DNA from: a virus
Lineage: Duplodnaviria > Caudoviricetes
Virus record (IMG/VR): IMGVR_UViG_3300012942_000007
Coordinates: 1-55,222 of that record
Length of the DNA: 55,222 bases
Reading direction: 5' to 3' (one strand)
Numbering within the stretch: the first letter of the stretch is position 1; each line of letters starts with the position of its first letter. Shown one piece after another: positions 1 through 9,897 of this stretch. The notes under the pieces were generated by a model that saw only the letters and a list, made by a program, of their open reading frames with translations, did no database searches and was not told where the DNA came from. A program made the translations under genes and the position numbers.

Positions 1-123
1 CCGCCGTGAACACGGCCTCGACGGCCATTGGGGCGGTTCAGGCTGCGTCTGAGGGCACGATAGGCGGCTTCGTCGCGGGGGCGGTAACGGCTGGGAACAT
101 GCTCGGCGTCCCGGTTCAGCAAG
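1..123. repeat. Terminal direct repeat copy 1 (circular assembly overlap)
   Basis: Identical to 55100-55222; an ORF reads in frame across the join. Confidence 0.97.
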
Positions 124-236
124 GCGGGGCTGCTCTTGGCGCATTGGCCGGGGCAGCTTCTGCGCTGGCCAACAGCAGTGTGGCGGCCGGATTCATGGGC
201 CGCACGGCAAAAAATCTCTCGAATGCGAGCGCGTGA
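1..236 (+). CDS. C-terminal part of tail tube initiator (gpU/Mu N-like) gene starting at 54439
   Basis: Same frame as the ORF from 54439 once the ends are joined; stop TGA at 234-236. Confidence 0.8.
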   Translation, partial: AVNTASTAIGAVQAASEGTIGGFVAGAVTAGNMLGVPVQQGGAALGALAGAASALANSSVAAGFMGRTAKNLSNASA

Positions 237-237
237 C

Positions 238-453
238 ATGTATAAAAAGCAGCGCCTTAAAATCGTCACGAAGCCACACGATGGCATTATCTCGGCCAGC
301 GATGTGCAAATCTTCGATGGCGCAGGCAGAAATTTAACAGAATCCCTGTTCATTACCAAGGTCGATATTTCTATTCGACCGGGCCGTCTTGTTACCGCCA
401 CGCTCACGCTTCACAATGTCGATCTTGATATTGCCGAAGTGGAAACGCTGTAA
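238..453 (+). CDS. Hypothetical protein
   Basis: ATG just after upstream stop; TAATG coupling to next gene. Confidence 0.6.
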   Translation: MYKKQRLKIVTKPHDGIISASDVQIFDGAGRNLTESLFITKVDISIRPGRLVTATLTLHNVDLDIAEVETL

Positions 454-644
454 TGCAGCAGGTAACGGTCAATGGCGGCAACTGCTATCAGCTTGCGGCG
501 CAGTATCTCGGCGATGCCTCGCAGTTTCTGCGGGTCATGATCCAAAACGGCCTGACTGATCCATTCATTTCCGGACCCAAGCCAGTCACGCTGACTATTC
601 CTGATGTGGATGCCTCGCAGACCGGTGGTGTGCCGCCGCAATGA
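453..644 (+). CDS. Tail protein X-like (LysM-like) baseplate protein
   Basis: 63 aa, 'YQLAAQYLGDASQF..NGL.DP..L.IP' pattern; precedes hub gene. Confidence 0.75.
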   Translation: MQQVTVNGGNCYQLAAQYLGDASQFLRVMIQNGLTDPFISGPKPVTLTIPDVDASQTGGVPPQ

Positions 645-1789
645 GTGGATCGTTTGGTCCGCCCATCGGAATTGTCCAGCAGCCGCGCCTGCGCATAACC
701 GCCAACGGACAAATCGTGCCGTCTCCCATAGAGGCGCACATCATGCAGACCAACACGTGGACCGCCGCCACGTGGTCAGCCAGCATTGCGCTTCAGGATA
801 CGGACGCGATGAACGCTGAATGGTGGGGGTCGCAGGACGATGTCCGGATCGAAATCGACTTCTCGCTCGATAATGGCCAGTCGTTTCCGGGTCACCCGCA
901 ATTCGAGGGGATTGTCGACGAGATCGAACTCGATACGGATGCCAATATCGTGCATCTCGGTGGTCGGGACTTCACCGCGCTCCTGATCGACAACAAAAGC
1001 CCGCAGGCGTATCAGAACCAGACCAGCAGCGAGATCGCCGCGAAGCTGGCTGGCTCGGTGGGCCTTAAGGTCACGGATAGCAGCGGCGCTTCGACGATCA
1101 CGGCCACCACCACACCCGTGGGCGAATACTACGCCTCCAACTCCGTGCGCATGACCAGCGGCTATTTCGCGCGCAGCATCACGCAATGGGACCTCCTGGT
1201 GTTTCTGGCGCAGCAGGAGGGATTTGACGTTTTCGTGCAGGGCCAGACGCTGTATTTTCAGCCTCCGGCTTCGGCCAGCACCCCAGCGTTTCAGGTCTAT
1301 CACCAGCGCAGCGGCGGCACTGTGCAATCGAATGTCATTGGGCTCCGGGGGCGCCGCTCACTCACTCTGGCCAAAGACGTGACGGTGACGGTGAAGTCCT
1401 GGAACTCGTATCAGCGCCGCGCCTATACCGTGAATGCGAGCAAAGCAGGGTCGAAAAGCAGCGCTGTCCAGAATTACGTGTTCTATCAGCCGAACCTCTC
1501 CATCGCTCAGGCCCAGGCCCTGGCCAACCAGAAGCTGGCGGAGATCACGCGGCACGAGCGCGTCATTGAATTCAGTTGCGCACCGGAACTCAATCTGACG
1601 CCCCACGGTGTCATTCAGCTCAGCGGCACGGGCACGGCATTTGATCAGCTCTACTACCCTGACGAGATCACGCGCAGTTTCTCCTTCCAGGGTGCCAGCA
1701 TGAGCGTTACGGCCCGCAATCACAGTCCCGTCGAGCAGGTCGCGCTTCAGACCGGTGCCAACGGACCGGCCGGAGGGCTGCAATTCTGA
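641..1789 (+). CDS. Baseplate hub protein (P2 gpD / Mu gp44-like)
   Basis: 382 aa, 'GRDFTALLID', 'WDLLVFLAQQEGF' motifs; synteny. Confidence 0.85.
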   Translation: MSGSFGPPIGIVQQPRLRITANGQIVPSPIEAHIMQTNTWTAATWSASIALQDTDAMNAEWWGSQDDVRIEIDFSLDNGQSFPGHPQFEGIVDEIELDTDANIVHLGGRDFTALLIDNKSPQAYQNQTSSEIAAKLAGSVGLKVTDSSGASTITATTTPVGEYYASNSVRMTSGYFARSITQWDLLVFLAQQEGFDVFVQGQTLYFQPPASASTPAFQVYHQRSGGTVQSNVIGLRGRRSLTLAKDVTVTVKSWNSYQRRAYTVNASKAGSKSSAVQNYVFYQPNLSIAQAQALANQKLAEITRHERVIEFSCAPELNLTPHGVIQLSGTGTAFDQLYYPDEITRSFSFQGASMSVTARNHSPVEQVALQTGANGPAGGLQF

Positions 1790-2340
1790 TGCTGGGGGAT
1801 GCTATCCGGCGCCATGCCGCCGCCCTTGATGCACAGGCCGGAGCGCCGCGATACGGGATTGTGGAGAGCTACAATCCCAACGATTACACCGCCACGGTCA
1901 GGTTGCAGCCGGACGATATTTTGACCGGTTGGCTACCCATCCGCACCGCGACGGGCGGAAATGGCTGGGGCATCGTCTGCGGTCTCGTGCCTGGCCAGCA
2001 GGTGACGCTGGAGCCGCACGATAACGACCCGGGCAACTATGTGATTACGGGGTTCGTGTTCTCTTTGCAGGGCGACCCTCCACACGCGCCGCCCGCCGTA
2101 CCTTCCGGGGAAATCTGGATCGTCCATGAGACGGGCAGCTTCGTAAAACTGCTCACGGACGGCACCATCGCATCCAAGGGCACGTGGAACCACGACGGGG
2201 ATATCAACGCGACCGGCGAAGTAACGCGAGGCTCGGGGACTTCCGATTCCGTGACGCTGGGCAAGCACACGCACAATCAGCCGCCGGATAGCGGCGGGAA
2301 TACCCAGCAGCCGACCGATGCGCCAACCGCGGGGACATAA
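1789..2340 (+). CDS. Baseplate spike (gpV / Mu gp45-like)
   Basis: OB-fold N-terminus 'TGWLPI', C-terminal HTH iron-binding 'HTH' motif (GKHTHNQ). Confidence 0.88.
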   Translation: MLGDAIRRHAAALDAQAGAPRYGIVESYNPNDYTATVRLQPDDILTGWLPIRTATGGNGWGIVCGLVPGQQVTLEPHDNDPGNYVITGFVFSLQGDPPHAPPAVPSGEIWIVHETGSFVKLLTDGTIASKGTWNHDGDINATGEVTRGSGTSDSVTLGKHTHNQPPDSGGNTQQPTDAPTAGT

Positions 2341-2708
2341 TGGCCGATCTGTATCATAATTTTGGCGGCGATCTCGTTCTCGGCGCGACGGGCGATTTGC
2401 TTGCAACGCAGGACCAGACCACCGAGACGACGCAACGCCTCTTGCGGCGCCTGTTAACACCACAGGGGGATTATATCTGGGAATTGCCCTTTGGAGCCGG
2501 GCTGCCGCAGCAGGTCGGCCTGCCGACGGCTGAGACCGCGATCCGCAATGCGATTCGGGCGCAGATATTCCAGGATAGCGGCGTCGCCAAGATACCGGAG
2601 CCGGTGATCACCTTCACGCGCGATACCACCGGGCTGGCGGTCGCCAATATCTCGTACACCGATGCCGTAACCGGTCAGACGCAGCAGATCCTCCTGCCGC
2701 TGGGGTAA
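2340..2708 (+). CDS. Baseplate wedge protein (gpW/gp25/Mu gp46-like)
   Basis: 122 aa, 'QRLLRRLLT..GDY.W...FGAGL'; between spike and J. Confidence 0.8.
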   Translation: MADLYHNFGGDLVLGATGDLLATQDQTTETTQRLLRRLLTPQGDYIWELPFGAGLPQQVGLPTAETAIRNAIRAQIFQDSGVAKIPEPVITFTRDTTGLAVANISYTDAVTGQTQQILLPLG

Positions 2709-2713
2709 TCATA

Positions 2714-3841
2714 GTGCTGAATTTTCAAAATCTGACCACGCTGGTCCAGAACATGGCGGCGGCGGCTCAATCCGCCGCGACCACAGCGCTGGATTTTACC
2801 CTTGGCTCGGTGCTGCGCGCGTTGCTGCAAGCGGTGGCGTCGGTCCAATTGTGGCTGCAATACCTGATTCTGGCCGTTCTGCAGCAGGCATTCTTGACCA
2901 GCGCCACCGGCGCGCAGGTCGATAATTGGCTGGCTCAATTCCCGCTATTCGGGGGGCGTCTCGGCGCAACCTATGCCACTGGCAGCGTCACATTCTCGCG
3001 ATATACGTCCGTTGCCTCGGCCTTGATTCCGCCCGGATCGTTGGTGCGCACGGCGGACGGGACGCAGACTTTTACGATCGTAGCCGATACAACCAACCCG
3101 CTATGGAGCGCAGCTCAAAGCGGCTACCTGCTGCCCGCCGGAACCGCGAGCGCTACGGTACCGGTCCAGGCAGTCGTGGCAGGCGCCGGCGCGAACGTCG
3201 CCGCCAACACGATCACGCAGATCGTCGGCTCGTTGCCCGGCATCGATACGGTGAATAATGCCGCAGCCTTCACGAATGGTGAAAACCAGGAGAGCGACGA
3301 CGCGGTCAAAGCTCGGTTCAAGGTCTGGCAGTCCAATATCGCCACAGGCACATACGGAGCCGTCCAGGCTGCGGCCGAAGGCGTTCAGGCCAACCTTTCC
3401 CTGAGCATTGCAATGAACCAGGATACTACCGGCGCCTACACCCCGGGGACTTTTGTCGTCACTGTCGATGATGGCTCAGGAGATACGCCCAGCAGCACGA
3501 TTGATGCCGTCGCAAACGCAGTGAATAATGTGCGTCCCGTAGGCTCTACGGCTTTCGTGGTGGCCGCGACCGCAATTCTGGCCAATGTCTCGATGGTGAT
3601 CAGCGTCGGGGCTGGATATTCGAAGAGCGCGGCGCAAGCGGCGGTTCAAGCCGCAATCTCATCCTATATCGGAGCGCTTGCGGTGGGGGTGCCGATGCCC
3701 TACAGCATTCTCGCCAAGCTGGCCTTTGATGCCTATTCGGGGATTACAAACGTCACTGCCATCACGCTGAACGGCAGCACTTCAGATTTGGCACCGAGCA
3801 ATACGCAAGTTGTTCGATCTGGCAGCATTGCGATCAACTGA
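2714..3841 (+). CDS. Baseplate J-like protein
   Basis: 'ATGSVTFSR', 'NG..QESDD..KAR' motifs. Confidence 0.92.
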   Translation: MLNFQNLTTLVQNMAAAAQSAATTALDFTLGSVLRALLQAVASVQLWLQYLILAVLQQAFLTSATGAQVDNWLAQFPLFGGRLGATYATGSVTFSRYTSVASALIPPGSLVRTADGTQTFTIVADTTNPLWSAAQSGYLLPAGTASATVPVQAVVAGAGANVAANTITQIVGSLPGIDTVNNAAAFTNGENQESDDAVKARFKVWQSNIATGTYGAVQAAAEGVQANLSLSIAMNQDTTGAYTPGTFVVTVDDGSGDTPSSTIDAVANAVNNVRPVGSTAFVVAATAILANVSMVISVGAGYSKSAAQAAVQAAISSYIGALAVGVPMPYSILAKLAFDAYSGITNVTAITLNGSTSDLAPSNTQVVRSGSIAIN

Positions 3842-4530
3842 TGCTCGGCGATCAGAGCGATATGGTGGGCCGCATGAAGGCGGTGCTGCCGCAGGGCTGG
3901 TTCAGCGGCAATACGCCGGTTCTGGACGCGGTTCTTGCCGCCTTCGGCAATGGCTTCGCATGGGTCTATTCGCTGATCCAAGAGGCGCTCAGTGCCGTTC
4001 TAATCAACACGGCGACGAGCGTATGGCTTGATCTGCATGCACAGGACTGGACGGGCTTTGACATCCAGCGTCGCACGCAAGAATTGGATGCATCGTTCCT
4101 GCAACGGCTTCAAAGCGCCATCTTCCCGCCCGGGTGCAACAGGCAGGGCGTGATTGCCCGCGTCACCGCCGTCACGGGCTCGGCGCCAGCGATCTTTGAG
4201 CCGCAGCAACCCAGCGATTGCGGGGCTTATGGGTACGGCGGCCTCGGCTATAATACTGTCGGCGGTTACGGCTCGATGAAGCTGCCCTTTCAGGCATTTC
4301 TGACGGCCTACCGCCCTCTGGATGTCGGCGTTCCGTTGCTCGCCGGATACAACGGCGATCAGCTCGCTCCCGTCTACGCGCCCGGCGGATATGGCTCTGG
4401 GCTCGTTGGCTATACGAGTGCCGGTCAAGCATTCGATGGCCCCAGCGACGATGACATTTATGCCGCTGTTGCCGCGGCGGAACCTGCTGGCTCCATTGTT
4501 TGGACGCGCATTTCCGCACCTGCTTCCTGA
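3841..4530 (+). CDS. Baseplate wedge protein (gpI / Mu gp48-like)
   Basis: 'ATSVWLDL..QD', 'RR..E.D..F..R'; follows J. Confidence 0.75.
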   Translation: MLGDQSDMVGRMKAVLPQGWFSGNTPVLDAVLAAFGNGFAWVYSLIQEALSAVLINTATSVWLDLHAQDWTGFDIQRRTQELDASFLQRLQSAIFPPGCNRQGVIARVTAVTGSAPAIFEPQQPSDCGAYGYGGLGYNTVGGYGSMKLPFQAFLTAYRPLDVGVPLLAGYNGDQLAPVYAPGGYGSGLVGYTSAGQAFDGPSDDDIYAAVAAAEPAGSIVWTRISAPAS

Positions 4531-4551
4531 AATCTGATCAAGGAGATCATT

Positions 4552-5850
4552 TTGGATCGCAAGTTCGTTTATCCCGGCTCCATCCCGGAAGATTCCGACA
4601 TCCTTCAGCCGCAAGTCGATACCATGATCTCGCTGGGTTGGCTTCTGGCAGCCGCATTTGGTACGAACACGGGGGTTGCGGGATTGCCCTGCGCGCCTAC
4701 GGTTCCGGCTTCCATGGTCGTGAATGTCGGCCCCGGCGCGATCTGGGCGCAAGAAACCATCGACGCGAATGCGTTCGGCTCGCTGCCGGCCGATTCCTCG
4801 CCCTTGATGAAAATGGGGATCAACGCGGAATCCGCCGGCACGAATTTCACGCTGTCGGCCCCAACAACATCCGGGAACTCTGTCAATTATCTGATCGAGG
4901 CGTCCTTTCAGGAGGCGGACGGAACGCCGCTTGTTCTGCCGTATGTCAACCCGGCCAATCCAGCGTCTCCCTATGCGGGGCCGAACAATACGGGCGTTTC
5001 CCAGAACACCGTTCGGACGCAGCGTGTGCAGCTCCAGCTTAAGGCAGGCGCTCAAGCGCCAACGGGTACGCAGGTCACGCCGAGCGTCGATAGCGGATGG
5101 ATCGGGCTTTACGTCATCACCGTGAACAATGGTCAGACGACAATAAACAGCGGCGCGATTTCGGTTTATCCGGGCGCGCCGTTTGTGAACGCAGCCTCAG
5201 GCATTTCCTCAGGGCGCTTGCTGAATGTCCAGACTTTCTCGGCCTCGGGCACGTATACGCCCACCGTGGGGACGAATAAGATCATCGTGGAACTTGTCGG
5301 CGGTGGCGGGGGCGGCGCGGGAGCGCCCGCGACATCCTCCTCCACGCAAGGGATCGGCTCCGGCGGCGGGAGCGGAGGATATGCCAAGTGCGAAATCGCG
5401 CTATCCAGCATTACAACGCCGGTCCCCGTTACGGTTGGTATAGGCGGCACGGGCGGCATCGCTGGCGCTGGCAGCGCTGGTGCAATATCCAGCTTTGGCA
5501 CCTACGTCGTTTGTGCCGGTGGCCAGGCGGGCATTGGCGCGACGGGTTCGTGGCCAGTTGTCCAAACGCCGGGCGCCGGCGGCAATGTGACCGCGACTGC
5601 GGGGACCGTCATTACGTCAAGCAAAGGCGCTCCCGGCCAGGTCGCGATTAACGTCCAGGCCAATCAGTTGACCCCTGGATATGGCGGCAGCAGTCCCTTG
5701 GGTATGGGCGGCACTGGTTCGTTCAACGCCGCTGGTGGCAATGGCGGTCCGGGCGCGGGCGGCGGCGGCGTCGCCATTGGCGTGTCGCTTGGTGCCGAGA
5801 ATGGCGGCAACGGCGGCAACGGCCTCTGTATCGTCTACGAATATTCGTGA
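4552..5850 (+). CDS. Tail fibre protein with C-terminal glycine-rich domain
   Basis: TTG start with AGGAG RBS; 'FSASGTYTP..GT..I.VE.VGGGGGG...G.G.CIVYEY' Gly-rich fibre domain. Confidence 0.82.
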   Translation: MDRKFVYPGSIPEDSDILQPQVDTMISLGWLLAAAFGTNTGVAGLPCAPTVPASMVVNVGPGAIWAQETIDANAFGSLPADSSPLMKMGINAESAGTNFTLSAPTTSGNSVNYLIEASFQEADGTPLVLPYVNPANPASPYAGPNNTGVSQNTVRTQRVQLQLKAGAQAPTGTQVTPSVDSGWIGLYVITVNNGQTTINSGAISVYPGAPFVNAASGISSGRLLNVQTFSASGTYTPTVGTNKIIVELVGGGGGGAGAPATSSSTQGIGSGGGSGGYAKCEIALSSITTPVPVTVGIGGTGGIAGAGSAGAISSFGTYVVCAGGQAGIGATGSWPVVQTPGAGGNVTATAGTVITSSKGAPGQVAINVQANQLTPGYGGSSPLGMGGTGSFNAAGGNGGPGAGGGGVAIGVSLGAENGGNGGNGLCIVYEYS

Positions 5851-5856
5851 TTTTCA

Positions 5857-5879
5857 GGCGCCCCAGAGGCGCCCTTTTT
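5857..5879 (+). terminator. Possible weak intrinsic terminator
   Basis: GGCGCC-CCAGA-GGCGCC hairpin then CTTTTT. Confidence 0.4.
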
Positions 5880-5893
5880 ATTCGAGGGCTTGA

Positions 5894-8356
5894 ATGTCCG
5901 ATCTCGTAAATCCAGTTCCCGTACCCATTGCTACGTTCGCGGAACAAGTCGCGAATAAAGTTAATATCCTGAACCAGAATCAGGCCGCGACGGGACGCCT
6001 TGGCCTCGTTATGCCTGGCGCGGCAATCAGTATTGGCAGCGATGGCACCATTAATCCGCTGTTTGGTACAACCGCTGGAACCGTAGCGGATGGTGGCGTC
6101 CTGGCCGCAGAAACGACCGCGCGCTCCACCGGGGACGCAACAAACGCGGCGGCGATCAGTGGTGAGCAAACTCGAGCGCTGGCCGCTGAAGCGTCGATTT
6201 CTGGCGCGGCGCAAACGGCCCAAACTTCCGCCAACCAAGCGCTGGCCAAAACGGTTGCCGCAACATCCACCGTTATCGGCCTCGTCAAGCCGGACAACTC
6301 GTCTGTCGTGGTTTCCTCTGACGGCACGGTAAGCGCCAAGTTTGGAACGGTCACAGGATCGGTGGCGGACGGCGGTGTCCTAGCCGCCGTACAAACTACA
6401 GCCAATGCTGCAATTCCACTGTCTCAAATCGGGATTGCCAGCGGCGTCACGCCCCTTGATTCCTCCGGCTACGTCCCGCTCGCTCATATTAATCCGGCCC
6501 TCCTTGGCGCGCAGCATTACATTGGCGTCTGGAACGCCGAGACAAATTCACCGGCGATTGCCAGCGGCACGTCGCCTGGCGGGACGAATCCAGTCGGCAG
6601 CTATTACGTGGTCGATGTCGCCGGCTCGACTGAGATCGATGGCGTTTCCACATGGAACATCGGCGACTGGATCGTATGGGACGGCACGAAGTGGGATAAG
6701 CTGGATGGCCAGGCCAATCCCGTTTCGGCATTCAATGGGCGCCAGGGTGCGATTAACCTACTCAATACGGACGTGGCCGGGGTGGGCGGCCTGCTTGGCG
6801 CAAACAACTTATCCGACATCGGGAGTGCCCCAACTGCTCGCGCCAATCTTGGCCTCGGCACCGCCGCCACCCTCACCGCCGGCGGCGCAAACGGCGCAGC
6901 GGTGCTGGATGCGAGCGGGAATGCTTCGGCGTTCGCTTCGCTCTCTACCGGGACCACGACCGCGCGGAGTTTGGCGGCGCGTGGAGCTGATAGCACTAAT
7001 GTCAAAGACTGGGGCGCCATTTTAAATGGTTCCGCTTCTGATAGCACAGCATTCCAAAGTGCTTATAATGCAGTTGCCAATAGCGGGGTTATTGATATCC
7101 CAACGGGGAATTTGAATGCTACCATAACAAGCTCATCATCTAAATCTGTGTTGTGGCGGGCGTTAGGAACTTTAGATAATGGAACAAGTTCTCCCGGAAC
7201 TAATCCAGTCACAACATTTGGAGACGGGGATGTCCTAGAAACATTTCTAGGCGGACGCAAGCATTTTTCAAAAACAACAGTAAACTCGACAAACTTCTTC
7301 GCTACTGTAGATATTAGTACAACTATAAATAATGCAACTATAACAGCTAATGGAACGCCGTCTGCCCTAAACTTGGCCGGAACAAATAACACCAATATAA
7401 ATGGGTCGTTTCAAGCTGGCGTGTGGACTTTAAAAGCGCAGTGCAATGTGAATGGCTCTGCGAGTGATAATTATGCTATTGCTGGGACTACTGTTCTTTC
7501 TCCTTCTTCCACTGGATGGGGTGGTTGCCAATATTTGCAACTTTTCGATAATGCCGGAGTTACGGGACATTTAAATGTCGTCGAGTACGACATGAATACG
7601 ATGAACTCCGATCCGATTGGATCAGGAGGGCCATCAACCGGCTTAAGGTCAGTTGTTTCTTTTAATCTCGCGACGACTCCCCAAGTCAGTGGAGCGCCAA
7701 CTGCCCAGGCCGCGCGAGGTATTACTGTGGGCACGCCAGATGGCTCAGGGGCTTCTATTGGGGCGGTTTTTTTCTCAAATGCTTCGATTTATTATGCCGG
7801 TCTAGATGTTTCTCAAGCGACATTCCAAAATAGTAGTGTCGCCGCCGTGAGAATGGCGGCTGGAATGCCTATAGATTTAAGCGGCACTCCTACCAATCTA
7901 AATCAGAACACAATCTTATTTAATTCCTCAACAGCATCGTTTGAATACTGGCATGCAGGATCAGCTGTTTTCGGGATTTCTACAGCTGGAAAAATAACGG
8001 CATCCGGCGGATTGCAGTTAGGTGGCGCGATTATTGATGTCAGCACAACTCTTTTCACACCTACTGCCGGATCTACGATCAATTTATCAAACAACGCCGC
8101 TACCGTTATAATCAGTCCATCTGGAACGTTGGCATCTTTGACTGTATCTGCTGGCGGGGCTGCTACAACAGCTTCAGACGCAAGCGTGAGACAACTGATT
8201 ATCTTCACGCAAGCTATTACGTCTCTCACTTGGACACATCAAGGAGCCGCTGGATTCAGCGGTGCGCCACTGCCTGCGTCTGTCACCGCAGGGCAGGCGG
8301 TACTTTTGGTTTATGAACAATCCGGCAACACGTGGTATCACACCATCGGCATATAG
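5894..8356 (+). CDS. Tail fibre/tailspike receptor-binding protein
   Basis: 820 aa; fibre repeats, 'LSDI..A.TARANLGLGTAAT', 'NVKDWGA..NG..SDSTAFQ.A' beta-helix entry motif. Confidence 0.82.
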   Translation: MSDLVNPVPVPIATFAEQVANKVNILNQNQAATGRLGLVMPGAAISIGSDGTINPLFGTTAGTVADGGVLAAETTARSTGDATNAAAISGEQTRALAAEASISGAAQTAQTSANQALAKTVAATSTVIGLVKPDNSSVVVSSDGTVSAKFGTVTGSVADGGVLAAVQTTANAAIPLSQIGIASGVTPLDSSGYVPLAHINPALLGAQHYIGVWNAETNSPAIASGTSPGGTNPVGSYYVVDVAGSTEIDGVSTWNIGDWIVWDGTKWDKLDGQANPVSAFNGRQGAINLLNTDVAGVGGLLGANNLSDIGSAPTARANLGLGTAATLTAGGANGAAVLDASGNASAFASLSTGTTTARSLAARGADSTNVKDWGAILNGSASDSTAFQSAYNAVANSGVIDIPTGNLNATITSSSSKSVLWRALGTLDNGTSSPGTNPVTTFGDGDVLETFLGGRKHFSKTTVNSTNFFATVDISTTINNATITANGTPSALNLAGTNNTNINGSFQAGVWTLKAQCNVNGSASDNYAIAGTTVLSPSSTGWGGCQYLQLFDNAGVTGHLNVVEYDMNTMNSDPIGSGGPSTGLRSVVSFNLATTPQVSGAPTAQAARGITVGTPDGSGASIGAVFFSNASIYYAGLDVSQATFQNSSVAAVRMAAGMPIDLSGTPTNLNQNTILFNSSTASFEYWHAGSAVFGISTAGKITASGGLQLGGAIIDVSTTLFTPTAGSTINLSNNAATVIISPSGTLASLTVSAGGAATTASDASVRQLIIFTQAITSLTWTHQGAAGFSGAPLPASVTAGQAVLLVYEQSGNTWYHTIGI

Positions 8357-8365
8357 GTAATCAAA

Positions 8366-8734
8366 ATGAAACTCTCCGAAATCGTAAATCTTGCTCAGGG
8401 CCTGCGGGTATTTTCCAATGAACGCCCAAAAGGGTCCGTGAGTTACGCTGCAGCCGTCAACATGAAACGCACGTCGCCATTTGTGCAATCTTTTGACGAA
8501 GCCCGAAAGGAAATTCTCGAACGCCATTGCGAGAGGAACGAGAATGGATCGTTAAAAATTGAAAACGGTCAATATATCCTGACTGACCCGGAAGCTGCCT
8601 TCGCGGAAGTAGCCGAACTCGGAAATCGCGAAGAGGAAATCTCACTCTCCAAGATCAAGCCGGATCAGATTTTCGATATGAATATCTCTCCGGAGGTTGT
8701 TGCGGCGATTATGCCCATGATCGAGGAAGGATAA
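8366..8734 (+). CDS. Hypothetical helical phage protein
   Basis: 122 aa ORF after tailspike. Confidence 0.65.
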   Translation: MKLSEIVNLAQGLRVFSNERPKGSVSYAAAVNMKRTSPFVQSFDEARKEILERHCERNENGSLKIENGQYILTDPEAAFAEVAELGNREEEISLSKIKPDQIFDMNISPEVVAAIMPMIEEG

Positions 8735-8739
8735 GAGAC

Positions 8740-8922
8740 ATGCCATTGACAGAAAAAGGCAAAAAGATCGAGGCCGCTCTAGAGCAAGAGTATGGCAAGA
8801 AAAAAGGAAAAGAAGTTCTCTACGCTGGTAAGAATGCTGGTACATTCACCGGTATTGATTCGCAGCCTATCGACGCCGCCGCTTATATGAAATCCGTTCG
8901 TGAAGGAAAATCAGGAAAATAA
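8740..8922 (+). CDS. Small Lys-rich phage protein
   Basis: 'MPLTEKGKKI...EYGKKKG..V.YA..N.G' type; RBS present. Confidence 0.65.
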   Translation: MPLTEKGKKIEAALEQEYGKKKGKEVLYAGKNAGTFTGIDSQPIDAAAYMKSVREGKSGK

Positions 8923-8924
8923 CC

Positions 8925-9293
8925 ATGGCAGACACAGCATCATTTCCAAACTACCAGGACCAGGCCGCAGGTGCTATTCCTGTTTATCTGACCCAGGGCG
9001 GCGTTCCGGTTGGTCCGAACTCGCCGTATATTCTGACGCCTTTGGGGTATCAGCAGCTTTCAGTTGGCTCGACTGCGGCGCCTCTCACGGTCCCGGCTGG
9101 CGCGAAGTTTGTTTATATTACTGTTGAATCGGATAATGTCCGTTATCGGGATGACGGAACTGCCCCGACCGCAACGGTGGGCATGAGCCTGCAAACGGGA
9201 ACCCAGAATTTCTTGTATGCTGGAAATATCTCGGCGCTTCAATTTATATCAACCACAGGAACGGCAACGCTCGATGTTTCGTATTACAAGTAA
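8925..9293 (+). CDS. Putative virion beta-sandwich protein
   Basis: 'VRYRDDGTAPTATVG..L' pattern seen in phage structural accessory proteins. Confidence 0.6.
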   Translation: MADTASFPNYQDQAAGAIPVYLTQGGVPVGPNSPYILTPLGYQQLSVGSTAAPLTVPAGAKFVYITVESDNVRYRDDGTAPTATVGMSLQTGTQNFLYAGNISALQFISTTGTATLDVSYYK

Positions 9294-9594
9294 AGTATTC
9301 GCCTTATCGTTGCTGGCTTCGGCGGCTTATGCGCAACAGCCTGTTGCGAATTATTGGCAAACCGGCATGGTAAACAATCAGCCGGTTTGGACGCCTATAT
9401 CAGGCGCCAATCCTCTTCCAGTGCAGATTACGGGAGGGGGCGGAGGGGGCGCGGGCAGCGTCCTTACCGCAGGTGGCCCAGGCGGCGCAGGATCGCAGCC
9501 CGGTGGCGGCGGCGGTGGTGGTGGCACCGGGTCAACGGCAGGCGGTTCAGGCGGTGCCGGTGGCGCGGGCGCGCTCGCTATCTTTGCATGTTGA
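9274..9594 (+). CDS. Signal-peptide-bearing glycine-rich protein
   Basis: 'MFRITSKVFALSLLASAAYA|QQ' signal; Gly-rich C-terminus. Confidence 0.55.
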   Translation: MFRITSKVFALSLLASAAYAQQPVANYWQTGMVNNQPVWTPISGANPLPVQITGGGGGGAGSVLTAGGPGGAGSQPGGGGGGGGTGSTAGGSGGAGGAGALAIFAC

Positions 9595-9612
9595 TCAATC
9601 TAAAAGGATTCC

Positions 9613-9897
9613 GTGGTGGACGGCACAACTGATGCGCAGAATTGGCTGCAATGGGCTCTCGGGGGCATGATTACCGGTTCCCTTGCCGCTCTTGGATATG
9701 TAAACCGCCGTATTTCCACCGTGGAAAAAAAAGCGGTTGAGGATGACGACAAAATTTGGGCCGCGCACGAAACGGAGCGCGCGAAGAACAGCGAGTTTCG
9801 CGAGCAGTTTACCGGCAAAGTCGCAGCGCTGCCAACCAAGGATGACCTGAACCAGATGGAGGGCCGGATCATGAACGCGATTAGGGGGCGCTCATGA
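9613..9897 (+). CDS. Single-TM plus coiled-coil protein (holin/antiholin candidate)
   Basis: One N-terminal hydrophobic helix, then a charged helix; start of lysis cluster. Confidence 0.55.
   Translation: MVDGTTDAQNWLQWALGGMITGSLAALGYVNRRISTVEKKAVEDDDKIWAAHETERAKNSEFREQFTGKVAALPTKDDLNQMEGRIMNAIRGRS

Noticed and set aside
1-123. Biological terminal repeat of the virion DNA
   Set aside because: It falls mid-gene and its length fits an assembler overlap, not a packaging end
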